Shown piece after piece: positions 10,397-19,405 of a stretch of DNA of 64,000 nt. The position numbers and the translations under genes are program-made. The notes below the pieces were generated by a model that was not told the origin of the DNA, searched no databases, and was given only the letters and a program-made list of their open reading frames with translations. Source of the DNA: Myxococcota bacterium (GTDB taxonomy: Bacteria; Myxococcota_A; UBA9160; PR03); contig JBFIML010000001.1 of the NCBI GenBank assembly GCA_041611735.1, positions 64,001-128,000 of the forward strand. The letters are read 5' to 3'. Each line of letters opens with the position of its first letter. Within the stretch, counting starts at the first letter, position 1.

Positions 10397-12820
10397 GTGC
10401 CGGGACGGAGCCCTCGAGGGCCCCGGGAGGGGGAGACCATTTCGGAGCGCGTCACCCTGCTCGCCGACGTCGCCGGGATCGTCTCGCGGTCCCACGACCT
10501 GCGCGAGACCCTCGACAACGTGGTCGAGCTCGTCGCCCGACGGCTCGAGGCCGATGCGTGCTCGCTCTACCTGGCCGAGCCCGACCTGGGGCGCCTCACG
10601 TTGCGCGCGACGAAGGGCCTCGCCCCGGAGGCGGTGGGTCGCGTCGGCCTCGCGCTCGGGGAGGGGCTGGTGGGGCTCGTCGCCAAGCGGCGCGAGCCGA
10701 TCGCCTGCGAGCGGGCCCGCGAGCATCCCGCCTTCCGCTACCTGCCGCAGACCGGGGAGGATCGCTTCGAGTCGCTCATGGCGGCTCCCCTGCTCGTGCG
10801 CGAAGCGACCATCGGAGTGCTCGTGGTTCAGACCGAGCGTCCGCACCGCTTCGAGCCCGCCGACGTCCAGCTGCTGCAGACGTGCGCCCAGCTGATCGCG
10901 CCGGTCGTGCTGAACGCGATCCTGCTCAGCCTGGTCGGGGGCAGCGATTCCCAGCGTCAGCGCTTCGTGACCGAGCTGGCCCGGGCCGGAATCCCGATCG
11001 CCGGCTTCGAGAGCCAGCGCCGGCCCGAGCGAAACGTGGAGCTGCGGGGCCTCCCGACCTCCCCGGGCATCGCCATCGGGCCCGTGCGGCGCCTGGACGA
11101 CCCGGCGGACCTGGAGGAGGTCGCCTACGTGCCCCGCCAGGACCTGGTCGAGGAGTGGCAGGCCCTGCGCGACGTGCTGGTCGAGGCGCGCTACGACCTC
11201 GACGCGGCGCGTGCCGTGGCTGGGAGCCGCTTCGGACCGGAGTTCGCCGCCGTCTTCAACACCCACATCCAGATGCTCGAGGACAAGGGCTTCGTGGGCC
11301 GGCTCGAGGTTGCGGTGCGGGGCACGGGCAACGCCGTGGAGGCGGTCCGGCGCGTGGTGGACGAGTACCGCCGGCTGTTCGACCGCATCGAGGATCCCTA
11401 CTTCCGGGAGCGCGGCATCGACGTGGACGACGTGGGCCGGCGGCTGCTCGCGAAGCTGCTCGGCTTCGGCGACCGCAGCGTCTCGCTCGAGCCGGGGGTC
11501 GTGCTGGTCACCTCGGTCATCCTTCCGGCCCACTTCACGCTGCCCGACATGGAGAAGGTGGCGGCGATCGTGGCCGAGCACGGCGGCGCCACCTCCCACG
11601 GGGCGATCTTCGCCCGCACGCTGGAGATCCCGGCGGTGACGGGCGTGGCGGGTCTGATGGCTGCGGTGCGTTCCGGCGAGACCGCCGTGGTGGACGGCGC
11701 CGCGGGGCGCATCTACCTCTCGCCGGACGAGGCCCTGCTCGCCGAGTATCGCGGTGCCCGGGAGCGCTACGAGATCGCGGTGGAGCACCTCGACGCCCTT
11801 CGCCACCGGCCCGCGGAGACTCGCGACGGTCGCTGCATCGCCCTGACGGCGAACGTGGGCCTGCTCGCCGACCTGCACCTGGTGGAGCGTCACGGAGCCG
11901 AGGGCATCGGGCTGTTCCGCACCGAGCTCCTGGCTCTCGCCCACCGCGGCATCCCCGACGAGGAGGAGCAGGAGAAGCTCTACGAGCGGGTGGCCCGGGC
12001 CGTGGCGCCGCACAACGTCACGATCCGCACCCTCGACCTGGGTGGGGACAAGGCGATCCCCGATCTCGGCTTCGGAGAGGAGGAGAATCCGCAGCTCGGC
12101 TGGCGCTCGATCCGCTTCTCGCTCGCCCACGAGGACGGCTTCCGGGCCCAGCTCCGGGCCATCCTGCGCGCCAGCGCGGGAGGCAACGTCTCCCTGTTGC
12201 TGCCCATGATCAGTTCCCTGGGTGAGTACCGGCGCGCCCGGCAGCTGATCGCGGAGACCCAGGAGGAGCTGGCGCGGCGGGAAGTGCCCTTCGACCGCCA
12301 GCTCCCGGTGGGAGTGATGATCGAGGTACCCTCGGCGGCCCTGATCGCCGAGACGCTGGCGCGAGAGTGCGACTTCTTCAGCATCGGGACCAACGACCTC
12401 ACCCAGTACACCCTGGCCGTGGACCGCGGCAACGAGCGTGTCGCCCACCTGTTCGACCCGTTGCATCCCGCCGTGCTGCTGTTGATCGACCGCAGCGTGC
12501 GGGCGGCCAACCGCATCGGGATCCCGGTGAGCGTGTGTGGGGAAATGGCCAGCAACCCGCTGGCGGTGCCGTTGCTGGTCGGGCTCGGCATCGCCGAGCT
12601 CTCCGGCACTCCGGCGGCCGTCCCCGTCATCAAGGAGATCGTGCGTGCGCTCGACGCTTCCTTGGTGGCCGAGGACGCGCGCCGGGCCCTCGCCGCCGGG
12701 ACGGTGCAGGAAGTGCGGGCCATCGCCGCGGAACGGCTGCGCCAGGCGGGCCTGTTCGATCACCCGGACATCGGCGGCTGGCTGCGCTCGATCGTGGAGC
12801 GCTACGCCGAGCCGGGCTGA
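10397..12820 (+). CDS. ptsP: GAF-domain PEP-protein phosphotransferase (enzyme I-Ntr); start may be ATT at 10439
   Basis: N-terminal GAF domain, phospho-His motif GGATSHGAI, GIGLFRTE, RTLDLGGDK, SIGTNDLTQY, SVCGEMA. Confidence 0.93.
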   Translation: MPGRSPRGPREGETISERVTLLADVAGIVSRSHDLRETLDNVVELVARRLEADACSLYLAEPDLGRLTLRATKGLAPEAVGRVGLALGEGLVGLVAKRREPIACERAREHPAFRYLPQTGEDRFESLMAAPLLVREATIGVLVVQTERPHRFEPADVQLLQTCAQLIAPVVLNAILLSLVGGSDSQRQRFVTELARAGIPIAGFESQRRPERNVELRGLPTSPGIAIGPVRRLDDPADLEEVAYVPRQDLVEEWQALRDVLVEARYDLDAARAVAGSRFGPEFAAVFNTHIQMLEDKGFVGRLEVAVRGTGNAVEAVRRVVDEYRRLFDRIEDPYFRERGIDVDDVGRRLLAKLLGFGDRSVSLEPGVVLVTSVILPAHFTLPDMEKVAAIVAEHGGATSHGAIFARTLEIPAVTGVAGLMAAVRSGETAVVDGAAGRIYLSPDEALLAEYRGARERYEIAVEHLDALRHRPAETRDGRCIALTANVGLLADLHLVERHGAEGIGLFRTELLALAHRGIPDEEEQEKLYERVARAVAPHNVTIRTLDLGGDKAIPDLGFGEEENPQLGWRSIRFSLAHEDGFRAQLRAILRASAGGNVSLLLPMISSLGEYRRARQLIAETQEELARREVPFDRQLPVGVMIEVPSAALIAETLARECDFFSIGTNDLTQYTLAVDRGNERVAHLFDPLHPAVLLLIDRSVRAANRIGIPVSVCGEMASNPLAVPLLVGLGIAELSGTPAAVPVIKEIVRALDASLVAEDARRALAAGTVQEVRAIAAERLRQAGLFDHPDIGGWLRSIVERYAEPG

Positions 12821-13503
12821 ACCCGCCCTTCGGGTGCCAGGTCGGCGACCACGGCGCTGTGATCGCTGCCCGGCACCGCCACCACCTCGATCCGCTCCAC
12901 CTCCAGCCGGCCGATCAGCACGTGGTCGATGCGCAGCAGCCGCGGCCCACGGGCTCCGGGGCCCCAGGTGCGCCCGCGTGCGCCGCCAGCCACGTGCGCC
13001 GCGTCCGCCAGGCGGCGGGCCAGCCGGCGGTAGGCAGGCCAGAGGGGAGTCGCGTTCAGGTCCCCAGCCAGCGCCCGCGAGACTTCGGGGGCGGTCTCCA
13101 GGTAGGCGGCCAGCGCCCGCACCTGGTGACGGCGCAGGGCCAGGCTGCGCCACGGCGGCCACAGGTGCGGCGCAGTCAGGTGCACGTTCAGGATCTCCAG
13201 GGGGCCGGGGAGCGCAGGCCACGCACTCGGGTCCAGGCGCGCGATGCGGGCCGGGCGGTCCGGCAGCGGCAGCCGGTCGAGCTCTCCGGGGTGGCGCAGG
13301 GCGAAACCCATGCCGCTGTGGTCGCAGGCGGGCTCCACGCGTCCGTGGGGGAGCACGCGCTCGAGCTCCCGCGCCTGTTCGGGGGTGATCTCCTGGACGG
13401 CCACCACGTCGGCCTCCAACCGCTGCACGAGCTCCGCAAAGCCCTTCGCATCGGCCCGCCCGTTCCACAGGTTCGCGGTCAGCAGTCGCACGGATCCGCC
13501 CAC
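12802..13503 (-). CDS. Endonuclease/exonuclease/phosphatase family protein
   Basis: LTANL, VAVQE, GDLN, RIDH, GSDH catalytic motifs. Confidence 0.88.
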   Translation of the reverse strand: MGGSVRLLTANLWNGRADAKGFAELVQRLEADVVAVQEITPEQARELERVLPHGRVEPACDHSGMGFALRHPGELDRLPLPDRPARIARLDPSAWPALPGPLEILNVHLTAPHLWPPWRSLALRRHQVRALAAYLETAPEVSRALAGDLNATPLWPAYRRLARRLADAAHVAGGARGRTWGPGARGPRLLRIDHVLIGRLEVERIEVVAVPGSDHSAVVADLAPEGRVQPGSA

Positions 13504-14208
13504 CTAGACTCCTCCTCCCGGCCTGTCTTCCAACGGACGCGCGGGCGCGTGCCTTGAGACCACCGCCTCGGCTTGCGCGTCCAGGCGGTCCAGCTCGCGC
13601 TCCAGCGCCAGGAGCTGCTGGTCGAGCTGCTGCCTGGAGGCCTCGCGAGGCACCTGGAGCGGAGGGCCGAACACCGCCGCCACCCGCGCAAAGGGAAGCG
13701 GCAGCGAGACCCGGTCCCAGCTGCCGAAGCGAAGCGCCGGCCGGGCCGCCAGTCCCAGCGGCCACAGGGGCACGCCCGTGGCCCGGGCGGCGGCGAGCAC
13801 GCCCGGCTTGGCGCGCCGGGCCGGGCCGCGCGGACCGTCGCACAGGACGCCCACCGACTGCCCGCTGCGCACGGCGCGGATCATGCCGGCCAGGGCCTCG
13901 CGGCCGCCTCGCGAGCTGGAGCCCCGAGGCGGAGGCCCGAACCCGAGGCGGTCGAGCACCGCGGCGATGCGCTCGCCATCCCGGCTGCGGCTCACCGGCA
14001 CGATCGCCTGGCGGTCCCGGAACGCCCAGGCGGCCACGAAGAGCCCCCGATGCCACAGCGCCGCCACGAACGGCTGGCCGCCAGCGAAGGGGTCTCCACC
14101 CGCCACCCGCAGCCTCCAGGTGGCTCCGAGCGCGCGCAGCAGCCCCGCCATCAGGGCAGCGAGCAGCCGGGTTGCGAGATCTGGCTCCCGGGAGCGGGCG
14201 TCTTCCAT
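13504..14208 (-). CDS. DUF374 lysophospholipid acyltransferase family protein (LpxJ-like)
   Basis: From MEDARSREP; LWH, SRSRDGE, RGSSSRGG, DGPRGP, SWDR..LPLPF motifs. Confidence 0.85.
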   Translation of the reverse strand: MEDARSREPDLATRLLAALMAGLLRALGATWRLRVAGGDPFAGGQPFVAALWHRGLFVAAWAFRDRQAIVPVSRSRDGERIAAVLDRLGFGPPPRGSSSRGGREALAGMIRAVRSGQSVGVLCDGPRGPARRAKPGVLAAARATGVPLWPLGLAARPALRFGSWDRVSLPLPFARVAAVFGPPLQVPREASRQQLDQQLLALERELDRLDAQAEAVVSRHAPARPLEDRPGGGV

Positions 14209-14231
14209 GGGGCGCCGAGGGTAGCGCGCGC

Positions 14232-15110
14232 TCAGGCCTGCAACGCGATCAACGCGACCCCGAGCACGATCGCGAGCGAGCCCGCCAGCCGTGCCCCGGG
14301 TGGACGCTCCCGCAGCCAGACCACCGCCAGCAGCGCGGCGAACAGCACGCTCGTCTGGCGCACCGCCACCACGTAGCTCACCGCCGCGGTGCGCAACGCC
14401 TGGAGGATGAGCGTATAGCCCACGAACGAGACCGCCGCGGCGGCAACCACCGCCCAGAGCTCGCTGGCAGCGGTGGCGGCCAGCGCGCCCGGCGCCAGGC
14501 GAGCCCGCGCCAGGGGGAGGAAGCAGAGCGCGCTGCCCGTGTGGATCAGGAAGTAGAGGGCGATGGCGACGGGAAGCGCGCTGGGCCACGGCTCCGCCTC
14601 GAGTCGCGCCATCAGCCCCTTGTCGAGCAGCGAGTAGGCGACGCTGGCAGCGAGCGTGAGCCAGGCCCACCCCGTCCCCCGCGTGGCCAGCCGCCGCCAG
14701 CGCAGGCCCCCCCCCTGCAGCGCCCACAGGCCGACCACCACCAGGGCGATGCCGAGCGCGCCGTCGAGCGAGATGGACTCGCCCAGCCAGGGCACCGCCA
14801 GGAGCGGCAGGAAGGCCGGAGCGGAGCGGGTGATCGGATACACCAGGGTGAGGTCGGCCGTCTCGACGGCGCGCGTCAGCCAGTGGAAGTAGAGGCCGTG
14901 GGCCACGGCCGTCGCCGCCAGAAACCCCCACACCTCCGGCGCCAGCTCGGCCAGGGGCAGCCACGGAAGCAGGACGACCGTCATCGGCAGCGTCACCGCG
15001 ACCTGCAGCACGTTGAAGGCGAGTGGGTCGCGGCTCCGTTTCATGGAGACGCTCCAGGCCGCGTGGAGCAGCGCGGAGGCGAGCACGAGCGCGAGCACGA
15101 CCGGGCTCAC
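14232..15110 (-). CDS. EamA/DMT family transporter
   Basis: About 10 TM helices; ALLHAAW, DLTLVYPITR, VVAVRQTSVLFA motifs. Confidence 0.9.
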   Translation of the reverse strand: MSPVVLALVLASALLHAAWSVSMKRSRDPLAFNVLQVAVTLPMTVVLLPWLPLAELAPEVWGFLAATAVAHGLYFHWLTRAVETADLTLVYPITRSAPAFLPLLAVPWLGESISLDGALGIALVVVGLWALQGGGLRWRRLATRGTGWAWLTLAASVAYSLLDKGLMARLEAEPWPSALPVAIALYFLIHTGSALCFLPLARARLAPGALAATAASELWAVVAAAAVSFVGYTLILQALRTAAVSYVVAVRQTSVLFAALLAVVWLRERPPGARLAGSLAIVLGVALIALQA

Positions 15111-15141
15111 GCACGCCCCTCGTCCGCGATGCCGCCGACGA

Positions 15142-15666
15142 TCAGCCTTCCCGGTTCGCGCGGTCGGCGCGCGGTCGGCTCCACCACAGCAGGTAGCCCG
15201 CCATCACCCCGGCCGAGAGCAGGTTCGCCGCCAGCACGACGCCCGAGGCCAGCGCGCCCAGCACCCCGGGCATGAATGCGATCGTGAAGGCGATGAAGCC
15301 CGCCTCGAAGAAGACGAACAGCAGCAGCAGGAGCAGGCCGAAGGAAGGGTTCTTCTCGAACTGCGCCACCATGTAGGCCGCCGCCAGCCCGATCACCACG
15401 AAGACCAGCAGGTGAACGCCCGTGTAGGCCAACGCCATGGGGAGGTCCACGCCCTGCACGCTCTCGAAGCTCTTGCCCTGGAAGAGGGCGCTGCCCAGCA
15501 GCGAAGGGGTGAAGAGTGGTTGTCCCTCGAAGGCGTCCACCCCCAGGAACAGCACCGCCACCGCGAGCCCCCCCAGCAAGCCCGCGAAGATCCCGTCCAC
15601 GGCCGCGTGGGAGGTCCTCGCAGCGTCCGCTCCCGACGCCTGCGTGGTCTCCTCGAGGCTCGCCAT
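15142..15666 (-). CDS. Uncharacterised integral membrane protein (4-5 TM)
   Basis: From MASLEETTQ with SD GAGGAGG; hydrophobic, PLFTPSLLGSALF and YTGVH motifs. Confidence 0.75.
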   Translation of the reverse strand: MASLEETTQASGADAARTSHAAVDGIFAGLLGGLAVAVLFLGVDAFEGQPLFTPSLLGSALFQGKSFESVQGVDLPMALAYTGVHLLVFVVIGLAAAYMVAQFEKNPSFGLLLLLLFVFFEAGFIAFTIAFMPGVLGALASGVVLAANLLSAGVMAGYLLWWSRPRADRANREG

Positions 15667-15695
15667 GAGAGCCACCTCCTCGCCCGTCCGAGTGC

Positions 15696-18335
15696 CTAGA
15701 CCACCACGTTCACCAGGCGTCCAGGCACGACGATCACCTTGCGCGGCTTCCGGCCGTCCAGATGGCGGCGCACCCGGTCCGAGCCGAGCGCCGCGGCGCA
15801 CACCTGCTCCTCGCTGGCGTCCTTCGGCACCGTCACCTCGTCGCGACGCTTTCCGTTCACCTGTACCACGATCGAGACCTCCTCGGTCTCCAGGAGCGCC
15901 GCATCCGCCTGGGGCCACGGCGTCCAGGCGATCGACTCCTCGTGTCCGAGGCGCCGCCAGAGCTCCTCGGCCACGTGCGGGGCGAAGGGCGCCAGGAGCT
16001 TCACCAGGGTCTCCGCCGCCTCGCGCGGCAGGGGCGCGTCGCGGGCCAGGTCCCGGGCCATCACCATGAGCTTGGAGATGGCCGTGTTGAACTGGAGGGC
16101 CTCGATGTCGTCGGTCACGCCCTGCACGCCGCGTGCCACGAGCCGGGCCTGCTCGGGCGTTCCCGCACCCGGCTCGAGCTGGCGCAGGGGCTCGCCCTCC
16201 GCCTCCTCGTCCAGGAGCAGGCGCCACACGCGCTGGAGGAAGCGGTGGACGCCCTGGATTCCGTCGATCGACCACGGCGCGTCCTTCTCGAGGGGGCCCA
16301 GGAACATCTCGTAGAGGCGCATGGAGTCCGCTCCGTACTGGCGGACCACGTCGTCGGGGTTGACCACGTTGCCCCGGCTCTTCGACATCTTCTCCACCAC
16401 CTCCTCCAGCTCGACCTCGAGGGTGGGGTGGAGGGGTCGCCCGTCCGGCGCGCGCCGCACCGCCTGGAGCGGGACCCAACGCGCCCTGAGCTCGCGCCCG
16501 TCCTCCCGGGCCACGATCCGCTCCGCCTCCTGGCTCACCTCGCGGAAGGAGTACACGCGCGGCTTCGCAACAGCGCGGTCCTGCGTGTCGTCGTCGAAGT
16601 AGCGGTAGCTGTAGCCGAGGATCATGCCCTGGTGGATCAGGCGCTGGAAGGGCTCCGGCGTGTGCACGAGCCCGAGGTCGTGGAGCACCTTGTGCCAGAA
16701 GCGCGCGTAGAGCAGGTGCAGAACGGCGTGCTCGGAGCCCCCCACGTAGAGGTCCACCGGCATCCAGTAGCGCTCGGCCTCGCGGGACCAGCCCTCCTCC
16801 CGGTTGTCCGGATCGCAGAAGCGCAGGTAGTACCAGCAGCTCCCCGCCCATTGGGGCATGGTGTTGCGGTCTCGCCGGGCCGGCTGGCCCGTCTCCGGGT
16901 CTCGGGTCTGCATCCACCCGGGGGCGCGCTCGAGCGGAGTGCGGTCGTCGCCGGTCGGACGGAAATCATCGAGCTCGGGCAGCTCCACGGGAAGCTCCGA
17001 ATCGGGCACCGGCTTCACGCTTGCGTCCGGGAGGTGGAGCACCGGGAAGGGCTCGCCCCAGTAGCGCTGGCGGCTGAACAGCCAGTCGCGCAGCTTGTAG
17101 GTGACCGCCCCCTCGCCGTGGGCCTGCTCGGCGAGCCACTCGGTCATGCGGCGCCGGGCCTCGGGCGTGGCCAGCCCGTCCAGGAAGGCCGAGTTGACGT
17201 TCACGCCCTCGCCCACGAAGGGCAGCCCCCCGTCGTGGCCCGTGGGCGCGTCCACCACCCGCACGATGGGCAGGCTGAAGGCCTTGGCGAATTCGTGATC
17301 GCGCTCGTCGTGGGCCGGCACCGCCATGATCGCGCCGGTGCCATAGGTGGCGAGCACGTAGTCGGCGATCCAGATCGGGATGCGCTTGCCCGTGCAGGGG
17401 TTCAGGGCGAACCCGCCGGTATCGACGCCGGTCTTCTCGCGCGTCTCGGCCAGGCGCGCCCGTTCGCTCTTGCGCCGGGCCTCCTCCGCGTACTTCCGCA
17501 CCGCCTCGCGCCGGTCCGGGGCCGTGACCTTCTCCACCAACGGGTGCTCCGGCGCCAGCACCATGTAGGTGGCGCCGAACAGCGTGTCGGGCCTCGTGGT
17601 GAAGACTTCGATCGAGAGCTTGTCGTGTCCGACCACTGGAAAGCGCACTCGCGCCCCCTCGCTGCGGCCGATCCATTCGCGCTGCATCTTCTTGGTCGAC
17701 TCGGGCCAGTCGAGGTCGTCCAGGTTCTCCAGCAGCCGTTCGGCGTACTCGGTGATGCGCAGCATCCATTGGCGCATGGGCATCCGCACCACGGGGTGTC
17801 CGCCCCGCTCGCTCTTGCCGTCGATCACCTCCTCGTTGGCGAGCACCGTGCCCAGGGCAGGGCACCAGTTCACCGCCACCTCGGCCTCGTAGGCCAGCCC
17901 GCGCTCCATCAGCTGGAGGAAGATCCATTGGGTCCAGCGGTAGTAGCCTGGATCGGTGGTATCGATCTCCCGCGACCAGTCGTAGCTGAAGCCCAACGAC
18001 TCGAGCTGCCGCCGGAAGTTCTTGATGTTGCGTCCCGTGGTCTCGCGCGGGTGTGTGCCCGTCTCGATGGCGTACTGCTCCGCCGGCAGGCCGAAGGCGT
18101 CCCAGCCCATGGGGTGCAGCACGTTGAAGCCGCGCATGCGCTTGTAACGTGCCACGATGTCGGTGGCGGTGTACCCCTCGACGTGGCCGACGTGGAGCCC
18201 GTCGCCGGAGGGGTAGGGAAACATGTCGAGCACGTAGAACTTGGGCTTGCGGGGGTCGATCTCGGCGCGGAAGGTCTGGTGTTCCCTCCAATAGGCCTGC
18301 CAACGGGCCTCGATCGCCTGGGGGTCGTAGGGCAT
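15696..18335 (-). CDS. leuS: Leucine--tRNA ligase
   Basis: [26 protein letters not shown] (HIGH motif), editing domain [27 protein letters not shown]. Confidence 0.97.
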   Translation of the reverse strand: MPYDPQAIEARWQAYWREHQTFRAEIDPRKPKFYVLDMFPYPSGDGLHVGHVEGYTATDIVARYKRMRGFNVLHPMGWDAFGLPAEQYAIETGTHPRETTGRNIKNFRRQLESLGFSYDWSREIDTTDPGYYRWTQWIFLQLMERGLAYEAEVAVNWCPALGTVLANEEVIDGKSERGGHPVVRMPMRQWMLRITEYAERLLENLDDLDWPESTKKMQREWIGRSEGARVRFPVVGHDKLSIEVFTTRPDTLFGATYMVLAPEHPLVEKVTAPDRREAVRKYAEEARRKSERARLAETREKTGVDTGGFALNPCTGKRIPIWIADYVLATYGTGAIMAVPAHDERDHEFAKAFSLPIVRVVDAPTGHDGGLPFVGEGVNVNSAFLDGLATPEARRRMTEWLAEQAHGEGAVTYKLRDWLFSRQRYWGEPFPVLHLPDASVKPVPDSELPVELPELDDFRPTGDDRTPLERAPGWMQTRDPETGQPARRDRNTMPQWAGSCWYYLRFCDPDNREEGWSREAERYWMPVDLYVGGSEHAVLHLLYARFWHKVLHDLGLVHTPEPFQRLIHQGMILGYSYRYFDDDTQDRAVAKPRVYSFREVSQEAERIVAREDGRELRARWVPLQAVRRAPDGRPLHPTLEVELEEVVEKMSKSRGNVVNPDDVVRQYGADSMRLYEMFLGPLEKDAPWSIDGIQGVHRFLQRVWRLLLDEEAEGEPLRQLEPGAGTPEQARLVARGVQGVTDDIEALQFNTAISKLMVMARDLARDAPLPREAAETLVKLLAPFAPHVAEELWRRLGHEESIAWTPWPQADAALLETEEVSIVVQVNGKRRDEVTVPKDASEEQVCAAALGSDRVRRHLDGRKPRKVIVVPGRLVNVVV

Positions 18336-18538
18336 GCCCGAAGCTTGGCTGAGAGCCCGATCGGCCGCCAGCAGCTCCCGGCGCCGACGTCCGCAGACCG
18401 AGGGGGGGTCGCCTGCCCACGGCAGCTGCGCACGCGGTGAAGGACCGCGGCGTGGTCTCGACGGCCTGGTCATCGGCGACCCCCCTCGCGCTCCGGACGG
18501 CTCAAGCGGAGGCCCGCCGCGTCGCCTACGTTCCGTGC

Positions 18539-19396
18539 GTGCCCGACGAGCCGGCCGAGAACGCAGCCCCGCTCCAGTGGTCGGAGATCTACGTGGTGTC
18601 GGACGGCACCGGCGAGACCGCCTCGGCGGCCGTCCGCGCAGCCATGCTCCAGTTCGAGACCCGTTGGCGTATGCGTACCTTCGGCGACGTGCGGGTCGAG
18701 TCCGACGCCCGGCGGGTGATCGAGGAAGCGGCGCGCAACGGGGCCCTCGTGGTCTTCACGGTGGTGAACAAACGGGTCGCCCGGGAGCTGCGCAGCCGGG
18801 GCGAGGAGCGCGGCGTCGCCACCGTGGACCTCCTGGGTCCCGTGATCTCGAAGATCGCCGAGTACCTGCACGCCGAGCCCCGGCTCCAGCCCGGGCTGCT
18901 GCACGGATTCTCGGACGAATACTTCCGCCGCATCGAGGCCGTGGAGTTCGCGGTGCGCCACGACGATGGAACCAACCCGCACACCCTCTTCCAGGCAGAC
19001 GTCGTGTTGACCGGCCCATCCCGGACCTCCAAGACGCCGCTCTCCATGTATCTGGCCCAGCGCGGCTACAAGACCGGCAACGTCCCCCTCATCCCCAACA
19101 TGGACCCGCCCCGGGAGCTGCTCGAGCTGAATCCGCGCAAGGTGTTCGGTCTCGTGATGAAGCCGGAAGTGCTGGTCACGATCCGCAAGGAGCGGGTCCA
19201 GACGCTCGGGGTGCCCCCCTATCTGCGCTACGCGGACGCCGAAGGCGTCTTCGTCGAGCTGCGGCGTGCGCGGCGACTGTTCCGCGAGCGCGGCTGGCGG
19301 CTGATCGACGTCTCGGGGCGGGCGGTGGAGGAGAACGCCACGCGCATCCTCGAGCTGCACGCGGGGCGCTGGACGGAGCCCTGGCGCCCCGGCTGA
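18539..19396 (+). CDS. ppsR: PEP synthase/pyruvate phosphate dikinase regulatory protein (DUF299 kinase/pyrophosphorylase)
   Basis: [50 protein letters not shown]. Start placed at GTG 18539; the ORF extends upstream to 18437. Confidence 0.92.
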   Translation: MPDEPAENAAPLQWSEIYVVSDGTGETASAAVRAAMLQFETRWRMRTFGDVRVESDARRVIEEAARNGALVVFTVVNKRVARELRSRGEERGVATVDLLGPVISKIAEYLHAEPRLQPGLLHGFSDEYFRRIEAVEFAVRHDDGTNPHTLFQADVVLTGPSRTSKTPLSMYLAQRGYKTGNVPLIPNMDPPRELLELNPRKVFGLVMKPEVLVTIRKERVQTLGVPPYLRYADAEGVFVELRRARRLFRERGWRLIDVSGRAVEENATRILELHAGRWTEPWRPG

Positions 19397-19405
19397 CGTC
19401 GCCGC

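Noticed and set aside
10010-14056. Very long alternative-frame ORFs (1348 aa here; also 19481..23008, 24123..27428, 53135..56494 and the 5' part of 54689..59212)
   Set aside because: Stop-poor shadow frames expected in very GC-rich DNA; they overlap well-supported genes and show no motifs.
18336-18538. T-box or attenuator upstream of leuS
   Set aside because: Short divergent intergenic region with no T-box motif, leader peptide or terminator.
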